Source: the human T2T-CHM13v2.0 reference genome, Homo sapiens
Direction: 5' to 3' (one strand)
DNA: 64,000 nucleotides
Assembly: GCF_009914755.1 (NCBI RefSeq)
Contig: NC_060940.1
Shown: piece by piece, positions 30,628-45,600 of the stretch
How the letters are laid out: the number at the start of each line of letters is the position of its first letter
Numbering within the stretch: the stretch's first letter is position 1
Made by a program: the position numbers and the translations under genes
The notes under the pieces: model-generated
Database searches by the model: none
What the model saw: only the letters and a program-made list of their open reading frames with translations
What the model was told of the DNA's origin: nothing

Positions 30628-33600
30628 TTAGATGATGATACTATTTGAGCCCATCCAATGATTCCCTTCGATTCCATTCGATGAGGATTCCATTCGATTC
30701 AATTCATTGGTGATTCTATTCAATTCAATTCTTTGATTCCATTCCATTCCATTCGACAATGATTCCATTCGATTTCTTTCGATGATTCCACTCGATTCCA
30801 CTTGACATTGATTCCATTCGATTCCATTCAATGATTCCATTTGATTCCAGTGGATGATGATTGCCATCAATTCCATTCGATCACTCCATTCTATTCCATT
30901 TGATGATGATTACATTCGATTCCATTTGATGATTCCATCTGATTCTATTCGAGGATTCCATTTGATTCCATTCGATGATGATTCCATTCGAGTCCATTCG
31001 ATGATTTCATTCGAGTACATCCAATGATTCCATTCGAGTCCATTAGATGATTCCATTTGATTCCATTTGAAAATGATTCTACTAGAGTCCATTCAATGAC
31101 TCCATTCGAGTCCATTCAACAATTCCATTCGACTCCATTCGATGATTCCATTCGATTCCATTTGATGGTTCCATTCGAGTCCATTTAATCATTACAGTCG
31201 AGTCCATTTGGTGATTCCACTGGATTTCTTTTGATAATGATACCATTCAATTACATTTGATGATGATCCCATTCAATTTCATTTGATGATGATTCCATTA
31301 GAGTCCATTCGATGATTTCATTCGAGTCCCTTCATTGATTCCATCCGATTTCATTGGATGATGACTCCATTCGAGTCCATTCGATGATTCCACTCGATTC
31401 CATTAGATGACTCCATTGGAGTCCATTTGATTGTTCCATTCGATTCCATTCGATTCCTTTCGAAGATTATTCCATTTGAGTCCATTCGATGATGATTCCA
31501 TTCCATTCCATTCGATGATTCCGTTTGATTCCATTCGATGATTCCCTTCGATTCCTTTCTTTGATGATTTCATTCCATTCCATTCAATGATTCCATTCGA
31601 ATCTATTCCATGATGATTCCTTTCGATTCCATTCGCTGATGTTTCCGTTCAATTCCATTCGATGATGATTCCATTCGATTCCATTCATTGAGGATTCCAT
31701 TTGATTCCATTCAATGATGATTCCATTCTATTCCACTCAATGATTGCATTCAATTCCATACAATGATTATCCCATTAGAGTAAACTCAACGATTCCATTC
31801 AATACCATTCGATGATGATTCCTTTTGAGTCCATTCAATGATTTCATTCAAGTCCATTTGATGATTCCTTTCAATTCCATTCTATGATGATTCCATTCGA
31901 GTCCATTCGATGATTCCATTCAATTGCATTTGATGATTCCATTATATTCCATTCAACGGTGATTCCATTCGAGTCCATTCCATGATTCCATTAGAGTACA
32001 TTTAATGATTGCTTTGTTTTCAATTCGAAGATGATTACATTGGATTCCATTCTATGATACCATTCGATTCCATTCAATGATGATTCCACTCAAATCCATT
32101 GGATGATTCCATTCGTGTCCATTCGGTGATTTCATTAGATTCCATTCGAGGATGATTCCATTCGATTCCATTCGATGATTCCATTCAATTCCATTCGATG
32201 ATGATTCCATTCCAGTCCATATGATCATTCCATTTGATTTCATTCGATGATGATTCCATTCGATTCCATTCGACGATTCCATTCTATTCCATTCGATGAT
32301 GATTCCATTCGAGTCCATTCGATCAATCCATTCGAGTCCATTTAATGATTCCATTGGGTTCAATTCAATGATGATTACATTGGATTCCGTTCTATGATTC
32401 CATTCAATTCCGTTCATTGACAATTTGATTCCATTCGATGATGATTCCATTTGAGTTCATTCGATGATTCTATTCGATTCTCTTCGATGGTGATTCAATT
32501 CTATTATATTGGATGATTCCATTCGATTCCATTTGATGTTGATTCAATTCGATTCTATTCGATGATGATTCCATTGGATTTCACTTGATGATTCTATTCG
32601 ATTCCATTCAATGATGATTCACTTCTCGTCCATTGGATGATTCCATTTCATTCCATTCGATGATGATTCCATTCGATTCCATTCGATGATTCCATTTGAT
32701 TCCATGCGACGGTGAGCAATTCGATTCAATTCCATGATGATTCTATTTGATTCAATTAGATGATGTTTCCATTCGAATCCATTCCATGATTATTCCATTG
32801 GAATCCATTCGGCGATGATTCCATATGAGTCAATTCAATGATGATTCCATATGGGTCCGTTCGATGATAATTCCATTTGATTTCATTCGATGCTTCTATT
32901 CTATTCCAGTCGATGATGATTCCATTGGAGTCCATACGATGATTCCATTTGATTTCATTTGATGATGATTCCATTCGATGATGATTACATTGGATTCCAT
33001 TCTATGATTCCATTCAATTCCATTCGTTGATGATTCGATTCCATTCAATGATGATTCCATTTGAGTTCATTCGATGATTCTATTCGATTCCGTTCGATGG
33101 TGACTCAATTCTATTATACTGGATGATACCAGTCGATTCCATTTGATGATTATTCCATTGGAGTCCATTTAGTGAATCCTTTAGATTCTACTCGACGATG
33201 ATTCCATTCGAGTCCATTCGATGATACCATTCAATTCCATTCGTTGATGCTTCCATTCAAGTGCATTCGATGATATCATTCGATTCCATTTGATGATAAT
33301 TCCATTTGATTCCATGCGATGATTCTATTCGATTCCATTCAATGATAATTCCATTCAATTCAGTGATTCCTCTGGACTCCATTTGATGATGATTCCATTC
33401 AATGATTCCATTCGATTCTATTCGAAAATGATTCCATTTGAATCCATTTGATGATGATTCCATTAGATTCCATTTGATGATTCCATTCGATTCCATTCGA
33501 CGATGATTCCATTCGATTCCGTTTGATGATTCCATTCTATTCTATTCGATGATGATTCCATTCGATTCCATTCGATGATGATTGGATTCGATTCCATTGG

Positions 33601-36600
33601 ATGATTTCATTTGATTCCATTCGTTAATGATTTCGATCAATTCCATTCGATGATTCCATTCGATTCCATTCGATAATGATTACATCCGAGTCCATTCGAT
33701 GATTCCATTTTAGCCAGTTCGATAATTCCATTTGAGTCCAACCAATGATTCCATTCATTTCCATTCAATGATTCCATTCGAGTCCATTTGATCATTCCGG
33801 TAGGGTCCATTCGATGTTGATTCCATTGGAGTGCATTCGATGATTCCATTCGAGTCCATTTTAGGATTTGATTCGAGTCCTTTCGATGATTCCATTCGAT
33901 TCCACTCGATGATGATTTCATTCGAGTCCATTCGACACTTCCAATCGATTCCATTTGATGATTCCATTCGAGTCCAATTGATGATTCCATTCAATTCCAT
34001 TCGATGATGATTCCGTACGATACCATTCTGTGATGATTCCATGTGATTGCATTCAATGATGATTCCTTTCGATTGCATTCGATTATGATTCATTTCGTGT
34101 TCATTCTATGGTTCCACAGGTTTCCATTCGTGTCCATTCCATTATTCCATTCTATTCCATTTGATGATGATTCCATTCGATTCCATTCATTGGTGATTCC
34201 ACTCAATTCCATTCAATGATTCCATTCCATTTCTTTCAACAATGATTCCATTAGTTTCTAATCGATGATCCACTTGATTCCATTTGACGACGATTCCATT
34301 CTTGTCCATTCGATGATTCCATTTGATTCCATATGATGATGATTCCATTCGATTCCATACCATGATGATTCCATTCGAGTCCATTCAATGGTGATTCCAT
34401 TCAATTCCATTCGATGATTCCTTTTGATTCCATTCGATGATGATGGCATTCGATTCCTTTCAATCATTCCCTTTGATTCCATTCAAAGGTGATTTCATTC
34501 AAGTCCATTCGATAATTGCATTCGATTCCATTCTATGATGATTCCATTCGAGTCCATTTGATGATTCCATTCAATTCAAGTCAATGATGATTCCATTCGA
34601 TTCCATTCGATGATTCCATTGGATTCCATTCGATGATGATTCCATTCAAATCCTTTCGATAATTCAATTCAAGTCCATTCGATGATGATTCCAATCGAAT
34701 CCATTCAAAGATTCCATTCAGTTCCATTCGATGATTCCCTTAGATTCCATTCGATGATTCCACTTGATTGCATTTACGATGATTCCATTCGATTCCATGT
34801 GATGATTCCATTCAATTCTATTCAATGATGTCTCCATTTGATTCCATTCGACCATGATTGCCTTTGATTCCATTCAATGATTCCATTCGGTTCCGTTTGA
34901 TGATGATTCCGTTCGATTCCATTTGATGATTCCATTTGATTCCATTGGATGGGTCCATTCGATTACATTCGATGATTATTCCATTCGAGTGCATTAGATG
35001 ATTCCATTCGAGTCCATTCGATGATTCCATTCGATTCCATTCGATGTTGATTCTGTTCAAATCCATTCGATGATTCCACTCGATTCCATTCGTTGACTCC
35101 ATTTGATCCCATTCGATGATTTCCTTTGATTCCCTTTGATGATCATTCCATTTGATTCAATTCGGTGATTTCATTTGATTCCATTCAGTGATGTTTCCAT
35201 TCGACTCCATTCGATGATGATTCCATTCGACTCCATTCGATTATGATTTCATTCAATTCCATTCGATAATGATTCCCTGCGAGTCTATTCGATGATTCCA
35301 TTCGATTCCATTCAACGATGATTTGATTCGTGTCCATTCGATGATTCCATTTGATTCCACTTGATGATGATTCCATTCGAGCCCATTTGATGATTCCATT
35401 CAATTCCATACTCCGATGATTTCTTTTGAGCCCACTCAATGCTTCCACTCGATTCCATATGATGATGACTCCATTCGATGAAATTCGATGATGATTCCAT
35501 TCGCTTGCTTTCGATGATGATTCCACTTGAGTCCGTTAGAAGATTCTATTCAATTACATTCCATGACGATTCCGTTCGAGTCCATTTGATGATTCCATTA
35601 GACTCCATTCGACGATGATTCCATTCGATGTTATTCGATGATTCCATTTGATCTCATTCGATGATGATTCCATTCAACTCCATTCGATGTTTCCATTCGA
35701 GTTCATTCTATTATTCCATTAGATTCCATTCGATGATGATTCCATTCGATTCCATTTGATGATTGCATTCTATTTCATTTGATGATGATTCCATTCGAGT
35801 CCACTCGATGATTCCATTCGAGTCCATTTAATGAATCCATTGGTTTCAATTCTATGATGATTACATTGGATTCCATTCGTTGATGATTTCATTCGGTTCC
35901 ATTCAATGATGATTCCATTCAATTCCTTTCAATGTTTCCATTCAATTCCATACGATGATGATTCCATTTGATTTGATTCGACAGTGAGCCATTCGATTCA
36001 ATTCCATGATGATTCTATTTGATTCAATTGGTTGACATTTCCATTCGATTCCATTCGATGATGATTCCCTTTGATTCCGTTCAAAGATGATTCCATTCTA
36101 GCCCATTCAATCATTCCATTCGATTCTATTCAATGATGATTCCATTCATGTCGATTTGGTGATTCCATTTGACTTCATTTGATGATGATTCCTTTCAAGT
36201 TCATTAGATGATTCCATTCGATTCCATTTGATGATGATCCCATTCGAGTCCATTCAGTGATTCCATTCATTTCCATTCCATGATGATTCCATTCCTTTCC
36301 ATTCAATGATTCCATTCGATTCCGTTTGATGATGATTTCATTCGAGTCCATTTGATGATTCCATTTGATTCCATTCGATGATGATTCCATTCGAGTCCAT
36401 TCGATGATTCTATTCGAATCCATTTGATGATTTCTTTTGATTATATTTGGTGATGATTCCATTGGAGTCCATTCAATGATTCCATTCTATTCCAATCGAT
36501 GATGATTCCATTAGAGTCCATTTAATGATTCCATTTGATTCCAGTCTCTGATGATTACATTCGAGTCCATACGATGATTCCACTCAATTCCATATGATGA

Positions 36601-39600
36601 TGATTCCATTTGATTCCATTCGGTGATTCCATTCTATTCTATTCAATGGTGATTCCATTCGAGTACATTAGATGATTCCATTCGATTCCATTCAATGATG
36701 ATTCTATTTGTGTCCCTTAGATGATTCCACATGATTCCATTAGATGATGATACTATTTGAGCCCATCCAATGATTCCCTTCGATTCCATTCGATGAGGAT
36801 TCCATTCGATTCAATTCATTGGTGATTCTATTCAATTCAATTCTTTGATTCCATTCCATTCCATTCGACAATAATTCCATTCGATTTCTTTCGATGATTC
36901 CACTCGATTCCACTTGACATTGATTCCATTCGATTCCATTCAATGATTCCATTTGATTCCAGTGGATGATGATTGCCATCGATTCCATTCGATCACTCCA
37001 TTCTATTCCATTTGATGATGATTACATTCGATTCCATTTGATGATTCCATCTGATTCTATTCGAGGATTCCATTTGATTCCATTCGATGATGTTTCCATT
37101 CGACTCCATTCGATGATGATTCCATTCGACTCCATTCGATTATGATTTCATTCAATTCCATTCGATAATGATTCCCTTCGAGTCCATTCGATGATTCCAT
37201 TCGATTCCATTCAACGATGTTTTGATTCGTGTCCATTCGATGATTCCATTTGATTCCACTTGATGATGATTCCATTCGATTCCATTTGATGATTCCATTC
37301 AATTCCATACTCCGATGATTTCTTTTGAGCCCACTCAATGCTTCCACTCGATTCCATATGATGATGACTCCATTCGATGAAATTCGATGATGATTCCATT
37401 CGCTTGCTTTCGATGATGATTCCACTTGAGTCCGTTAGAAGATTCTATTCAATTACATTCCATGACGATTCCGTTCGAGTCCATTTGATGATTCCATTAG
37501 ACTCCATTCGACGATGATTCCTTTCGATGTTATTCCATGATTCCATTCGATATCAATCGATGATGATTCCATTCAACTCCATTCGATGTTTCCATTCGAG
37601 TTCATTCTATTATTGCATTAGATTCCATTCGATGATGATTCCATTCGATTCCATTTGATGATTGCATTCTGTTTCATTTGATGATGATTCCATTCGAGTC
37701 CACTCGATGATTCCATTCGAGTCCATTTAATGAATCCATTGGTTTCAATTCTATGATGATTACATTGGATTCCATTCGTTGATGATTTCATTCGGTTCCA
37801 TTCAATGATGATTCCATTCAATTCCTTTCAATGTTTCCATTCAATTCCATACGATGATGATTCCATTTGATTTGATTCGACAGTGAGCCATTCGATTCAA
37901 TTCCATGATGATTCTATTTGATTCAATTGGTTGACATTTCCATTCGATTCCATTCGATGATGATTCCCTTTGATTCCGTTCAAAGATGATTCCATTCTAG
38001 CCCATTCAATCATTCCATTCGATTCTATTCAATGATGATTCCATTCATGTCGATTTGGTGATTCCATTTGACTTCATTTGATGATGATTCCTTTCAAGTT
38101 CATTAGATGATTCCATTCGATTCCATTTGATGATGATCCCATTCGAGTCCATTCAGTGATTCCATTCGTTTCCATTCCATGATGATTCCATTCCTTTCCA
38201 TTCAATGATTCCATTCGATTCCGTTTGATGATGATTTCATTCGAGTCCATTTGATGATTCCATTTGATTCCATTCGATGATGATTCCATTCGAGTCCATT
38301 CGATGATTCTATTCGAATCCATTTGATGATTTCTTTTGATTATATTTGGTGATGATTCCATTGGAGTCCATTCAATGATTCCATTCGATTCCAATCGATG
38401 ATGATTCCATTAGAGTCCATTTAATGATTCCATTTGATTCCAGTCTCTGATGATTACATTCGAGTCCATACGATGATTCCACTCAATTCCATATGATGAT
38501 GATTCCATTTGATTCCATTCGGTGATTCCATTCTATTCTATTCAATGGTGATTCCATTCGAGTACATTAGATGATTCCATTCGATTCCATTCAATGATGA
38601 TTCTATTTGTGTCCCTTAGATGATTCCACATGATTCCATTAGATGATGATACTATTTGAGCCCATCCAATGATTCCCTTCGATTCCATTCGATGAGGATT
38701 CCATTCGATTCAATTCATTGGTGATTCTATTCAATTCAATTCTTTGATTCCATTCCATTCCATTCGACAATGATTCCATTCGATTTCTTTCGATGATTCC
38801 ACTCGATTCCACTTGACATTGATTCCATTCGATTCCATTCAATGATTCCATTTGATTCCAGTGGATGATGATTGCCATCAATTCCATTCGATCACTCCAT
38901 TCTATTCCATTTGATGATGATTACATTCGATTCCATTTGATGATTCCATCTGATTCTATTCGAGGATTCCATTTGATTCCATTCGATGATGATTCCATTC
39001 GAGTCCATTCGATGATTTCATTCGAGTACATCCAATGATTCCATTCGAGTCCATTAGATGATTCCATTTGATTCCATTTGAAAATGATTCTACTAGAGTC
39101 CATTCAATGACTCCATTCGAGTCCATTCAACAATTCCATTCGACTCCATTCGATGATTCCATTCGATTCCATTTGATGGTTCCATTCGAGTCCATTTAAT
39201 CATTACAGTCGAGTCCATTTGGTGATTCCACTGGATTTCTTTTGATAATGATACCATTCAATTACATTTGATGATGATCCCATTCAATTTCATTTGATGA
39301 TGATTCCATTAGAGTCCATTCGATGATTTCATTCGAGTCCCTTCATTGATTCCATCCGATTTCATTGGATGATGACTCCATTCGAGTCCATTCGATGATT
39401 CCACTCGATTCCATTAGATGACTCCATTGGAGTCCATTTGATTGTTCCATTCGATTCCATTCGATTCCTTTCGAAGATTATTCCATTTGAGTCCATTCGA
39501 TGATGATTCCATTCCATTCCATTCGATGATTCCGTTTGATTCCATTCGATGATTCCCTTCGATTCCTTTCTTTGATGATTTCATTCCATTCCATTCAATG

Positions 39601-42600
39601 ATTCCATTCGAATCTATTCCATGATGATTCCTTTCGATTCCATTCGCTGATGTTTCCGTTCATTTCCATTCGATGATGATTCCATTCGATTCCATTCATT
39701 GAGGATTCCATTTGATTCCATTCAATGATGATTCCATTCTATTCCACTCAATGATTGCATTCAATTCCATACAATGATTATCCCATTAGAGTAAACTCAA
39801 CGATTCCATTCAATACCATTCGATGATGATTCCTTTTGAGTCCATTCAATGATTTCATTCAAGTCCATTTGATGATTCCTTTCAATTCCATTCTATGATG
39901 ATTCCATTCGAGTCCATTCGATGATTCCATTCAATTGCATTTGATGATTCCATTATATTCCATTCAACGGTGATTCCATTCGAGTCCATTCCATGATTCC
40001 ATTAGAGTACATTTAATGATTGCTTTGTTTTCAATTCGAAGATGATTACATTGGATTCCATTCTATGATACCATTCGATTCCATTCAATGATGATTCCAC
40101 TCAAATCCATTGGATGATTCCATTCGTGTCCATTCGGTGATTTCATTAGATTCCATTCGAGGATGATTCCATTCGATTCCATTCGATGATTCCATTCAAT
40201 TCCATTCGATGATGATTCCATTCCAGTCCATATGATCATTCCATTTGATTTCATTCGATGATGATTCCATTCGATTCCATTCGATGATTCCATTCTATTC
40301 CATTCGATGATGATTCCATTCGAGTCCATTCGATGATTCCATTCGAGTCCATTTAATGATTCCATTGGGTTCAATTCAATGATGATTACATTGGATTCCG
40401 TTCTATGATTCCATTCAATTCCATTCATTGACAATTTGATTCCATTCGATGATGATTCCATTTGAGTTCATTCGATGATTCTATTCGATTCTCTTCGATG
40501 GTGATTCAATTCTATTATATTGGATGATTCCATTCGATTCCATTTGATGTTGATTCAATTCGATTCTATTCGATGATGATTCCATTGGATTTCACTTGAT
40601 GATTCTATTCGATTCCATTCAATGATGATTCACTTCTCGTCCATTGGATGATTCCATTTCATTCCATTCGATGATGATTCCATTCGATTCCATTCGATGA
40701 TTCCATTTGATTCCATGCGACGGTGAGCAATTCGATTCAATTCCATGATGATTCTATTTGATTCAATTAGATGATGTTTCCATTCGAATCCATTCCATGA
40801 TTATTCCATTGGAATCCATTCGGCGATGATTCCATATGAGTCAATTCAATGATGATTCCATATGGGTCCGTTCGATGATAATTCCATTTGATTTCATTCG
40901 ATGCTTCTATTCTATTCCAGTCGATGATGATTCCATTGGAGTCCATACGATGATTCCATTTGATTTCATTTGATGATGATTCCATTCGATGATGATTACA
41001 TTGGATTCCATTCTATGATTCCATTCAATTCCATTCGTTGATGATTCGATTCCATTCAATGATGATTCCATTTGAGTTCATTCGATGATTCTATTCGATT
41101 CCGTTCGATGGTGACTCAATTCTATTATACTGGATGATACCAGTCGATTCCATTTGATGATTATTCCATTGGAGTCCATTTAGTGAATCCTTTAGATTCT
41201 ACTCGACGATGATTCCATTCGAGTCCATTCGATGATACCATTCAATTCCATTCGTTGATGCTTCCATTCAAGTGCATTCGATGATATCATTCGATTCCAT
41301 TTGATGATAATTCCATTTGATTCCATGCGATGATTCTATTCGATTCCATTCAATGATAATTCCATTCAATTCAGTGATTCCTCTGGACTCCATTTGATGA
41401 TGATTCCATTCAATGATTCCATTCGATTCTATTCGAAAATGATTCCATTTGAATCCATTTGATGATGATTCCATTAGATTCCATTTGATGATTCCATTCG
41501 ATTCCATTCGACGATGATTCCATTCGATTCCGTTTGATGATTCCATTCTATTCTATTCGATGATGATTCCATTCGATTCCATTCGATGATGATTGGATTC
41601 GATTCCATTGGATGATTTCATTTGATTCCATTCGTTAATGATTTCGATCAATTCCATTCGATGATTCCATTCGATTCCATTCGATAATGATTACATCCGA
41701 GTCCATTCGATGATTCCATTTTAGCCTGTTCGATAATTCCATTTGAGTCCAACCAATGATTCCATTCATTTCCATTCAATGATTCCATTCGAGTCCATTT
41801 GATCATTCCGGTAGGGTCCATTCGATGTTGATTCCATTGGAGTGCATTCGATGATTCCATTCGAGTCCATTTTAGGATTTGATTCGAGTCCTTTCGATGA
41901 TTCCATTCGATTCCACTCGATGATGATTTCATTCGAGTCCATTCGACACTTCCAATCGATTCCATTTGATGATTCCATTCGAGTCCAATTGATGATTCCA
42001 TTCAATTCCATTCGATGATGATTCCGTACGATACCATTCTGTGATGATTCCATGTGATTGCATTCAATGATGATTCCTTTCGATTGCATTCGATTATGAT
42101 TCATTTCGTGTTCATTCTATGGTTCCACAGGTTTCCATTCGTGTCCATTCCATTATTCCATTCTATTCCATTTGATGATGATTCCATTCGATTCCATTCA
42201 TTGGTGATTCCACTCAATTCCATTCAATGATTCCATTCCATTTCTTTCAACAATGATTCCATTAGTTTCTAATCGATGATCCACTTGATTCCATTTGACG
42301 ACGATTCCATTCTTGTCCATTCGATGATTCCATTTGATTCCATATGATGATGATTCCATTCGATTCCATACCATGATGATTCCATTCGAGTCCATTCAAT
42401 GGTGATTCCATTCAATTCCATTCGATGATTCCTTTTGATTCCATTCGATGATGATGGCATTCGATTCCTTTCAATCATTCCCTTTGATTCCATTCAAAGG
42501 TGATTTCATTCAAGTCCATTCGATAATTGCATTCGATTCCATTCTATGATGATTCCATTCGAGTCCATTTGATGATTCCATTCAATTCAAGTCAATGATG

Positions 42601-45600
42601 ATTCCATTCGATTCCATTCGATGATTCCATTGGATTCCATTCGATGATGATTCCATTCAAATCCTTTCGATAATTCAATTCAAGTCCATTCGATGATGAT
42701 TCCAATCGAATCCATTCAAAGATTCCATTCAGTTCCATTCGATGATTCCCTTAGATTCCATTCGATGATTCCACTTGATTGCATTTACGATGATTCCATT
42801 CGATTCCATGTGATGATTCCATTCAATTCTATTCAATGATGTCTCCATTTGATTCCATTCGACCATGATTGCCTTTGATTCCATTCAATGATTCCATTCG
42901 GTTCCGTTTGATGATGATTCCGTTCGATTCCATTTGATGATTCCATTTGATTCCATTGGATGGGTCCATTCGATTACATTCGATGATTATTCCATTCGAG
43001 TGCATTAGATGATTCCATTCGAGTCCATTCGATGATTCCATTCGATTCCATTCGATGTTGATTCTGTTCAAATCCATTCGATGATTCCACTCGATTCCAT
43101 TCGTTGACTCCATTTGATCCCATTCGATGATTTCCTTTGATTCCCTTTGATGATCATTCCATTTGATTCAATTCGGTGATTTCATTTGATTCCATTCAGT
43201 GATGTTTCCATTCGACTCCATTCGATGATGATTCCATTCGACTCCATTCGATTATGATTTCATTCAATTCCATTCGATAATGATTCCCTGCGAGTCTATT
43301 CGATGATTCCATTCGATTCCATTCAACGATGATTTGATTCGTGTCCATTCGATGATTCCATTTGATTCCACTTGATGATGATTCCATTCGAGCCCATTTG
43401 ATGATTCCATTCAATTCCATACTCCGATGATTTCTTTTGAGCCCACTCAATGCTTCCACTCGATTCCATATGATGATGACTCCATTCGATGAAATTCGAT
43501 GATGATTCCATTCGCTTGCTTTCGATGATGATTCCACTTGAGTCCGTTAGAAGATTCTATTCAATTACATTCCATGACGATTCCGTTCGAGTCCATTTGA
43601 TGATTCCATTAGACTCCATTCGACGATGATTCCATTCGATGTTATTCGATGATTCCATTTGATCTCATTCGATGATGATTCCATTCAACTCCATTCGATG
43701 TTTCCATTCGAGTTCATTCTATTATTCCATTAGATTCCATTCGATGATGATTCCATTCGATTCCATTTGATGATTGCATTCTATTTCATTTGATGATGAT
43801 TCCATTCGAGTCCACTCGATGATTCCATTCGAGTCCATTTAATGAATCCATTGGTTTCAATTCTATGATGATTACATTGGATTCCATTCGTTGATGATTT
43901 CATTCGGTTCCATTCAATGATGATTCCATTCAATTCCTTTCAATGTTTCCATTCAATTCCATACGATGATGATTCCATTTGATTTGATTCGACAGTGAGC
44001 CATTCGATTCAATTCCATGATGATTCTATTTGATTCAATTGGTTGACATTTCCATTCGATTCCATTCGATGATGATTCCCTTTGATTCCGTTCAAAGATG
44101 ATTCCATTCTAGCCCATTCAATCATTCCATTCGATTCTATTCAATGATGATTCCATTCATGTCGATTTGGTGATTCCATTTGACTTCATTTGATGATGAT
44201 TCCTTTCAAGTTCATTAGATGATTCCATTCGATTCCATTTGATGATGATCCCATTCGAGTCCATTCAGTGATTCCATTCATTTCCATTCCATGATGATTC
44301 CATTCCTTTCCATTCAATGATTCCATTCGATTCCGTTTGATGATGATTTCATTCGAGTCCATTTGATGATTCCATTTGATTCCATTCGATGATGATTCCA
44401 TTCGAGTCCATTCGATGATTCTATTCGAATCCATTTGATGATTTCTTTTGATTATATTTGGTGATGATTCCATTGGAGTCCATTCAATGATTCCATTCTA
44501 TTCCAATCGATGATGATTCCATTAGAGTCCATTTAATGATTCCATTTGATTCCAGTCTCTGATGATTACATTCGAGTCCATACGATGATTCCACTCAATT
44601 CCATATGATGATGATTCCATTTGATTCCATTCGGTGATTCCATTCTATTCTATTCAATGGTGATTCCATTCGAGTACATTAGATGATTCCATTCGATTCC
44701 ATTCAATGATGATTCTATTTGTGTCCCTTAGATGATTCCACATGATTCCATTAGATGATGATACTATTTGAGCCCATCCAATGATTCCCTTCGATTCCAT
44801 TCGATGAGGATTCCATTCGATTCAATTCATTGGTGATTCTATTCAATTCAATTCTTTGATTCCATTCCATTCCATTCGACAATAATTCCATTCGATTTCT
44901 TTCGATGATTCCACTCGATTCCACTTGACATTGATTCCATTCGATTCCATTCAATGATTCCATTTGATTCCAGTGGATGATGATTGCCATCGATTCCATT
45001 CGATCACTCCATTCTATTCCATTTGATGATGATTACATTCGATTCCATTTGATGATTCCATCTGATTCTATTCGAGGATTCCATTTGATTCCATTCGATG
45101 ATGTTTCCATTCGACTCCATTCGATGATGATTCCATTCGACTCCATTCGATTATGATTTCATTCAATTCCATTCGATAATGATTCCCTTCGAGTCCATTC
45201 GATGATTCCATTCGATTCCATTCAACGATGTTTTGATTCGTGTCCATTCGATGATTCCATTTGATTCCACTTGATGATGATTCCATTCGAGTCCATTTGA
45301 TGATTCCATTCAATTCCATACTCCGATGATTTCTTTTGAGCCCACTCAATGCTTCCACTCGATTCCATATGATGATGACTCCATTCGATGAAATTCGATG
45401 ATGATTCCATTCGCTTGCTTTCGATGATGATTCCACTTGAGTCCGTTAGAAGATTCTATTCAATTACATTCCATGACGATTCCGTTCGAGTCCATTTGAT
45501 GATTCCATTAGACTCCATTCGACGATGATTCCTTTCGATGTTATTCCATGATTCCATTCGATATCAATCGATGATGATTCCATTCAACTCCATTCGATGT

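Noticed and set aside
36740-38638. 1,899 bp spacing as the chr1-type ~1.8 kb HSat2A unit
   Set aside because: It is a partial 6,112 bp unit created by the junction at 37092/3 and is colinear with the long unit on both sides.
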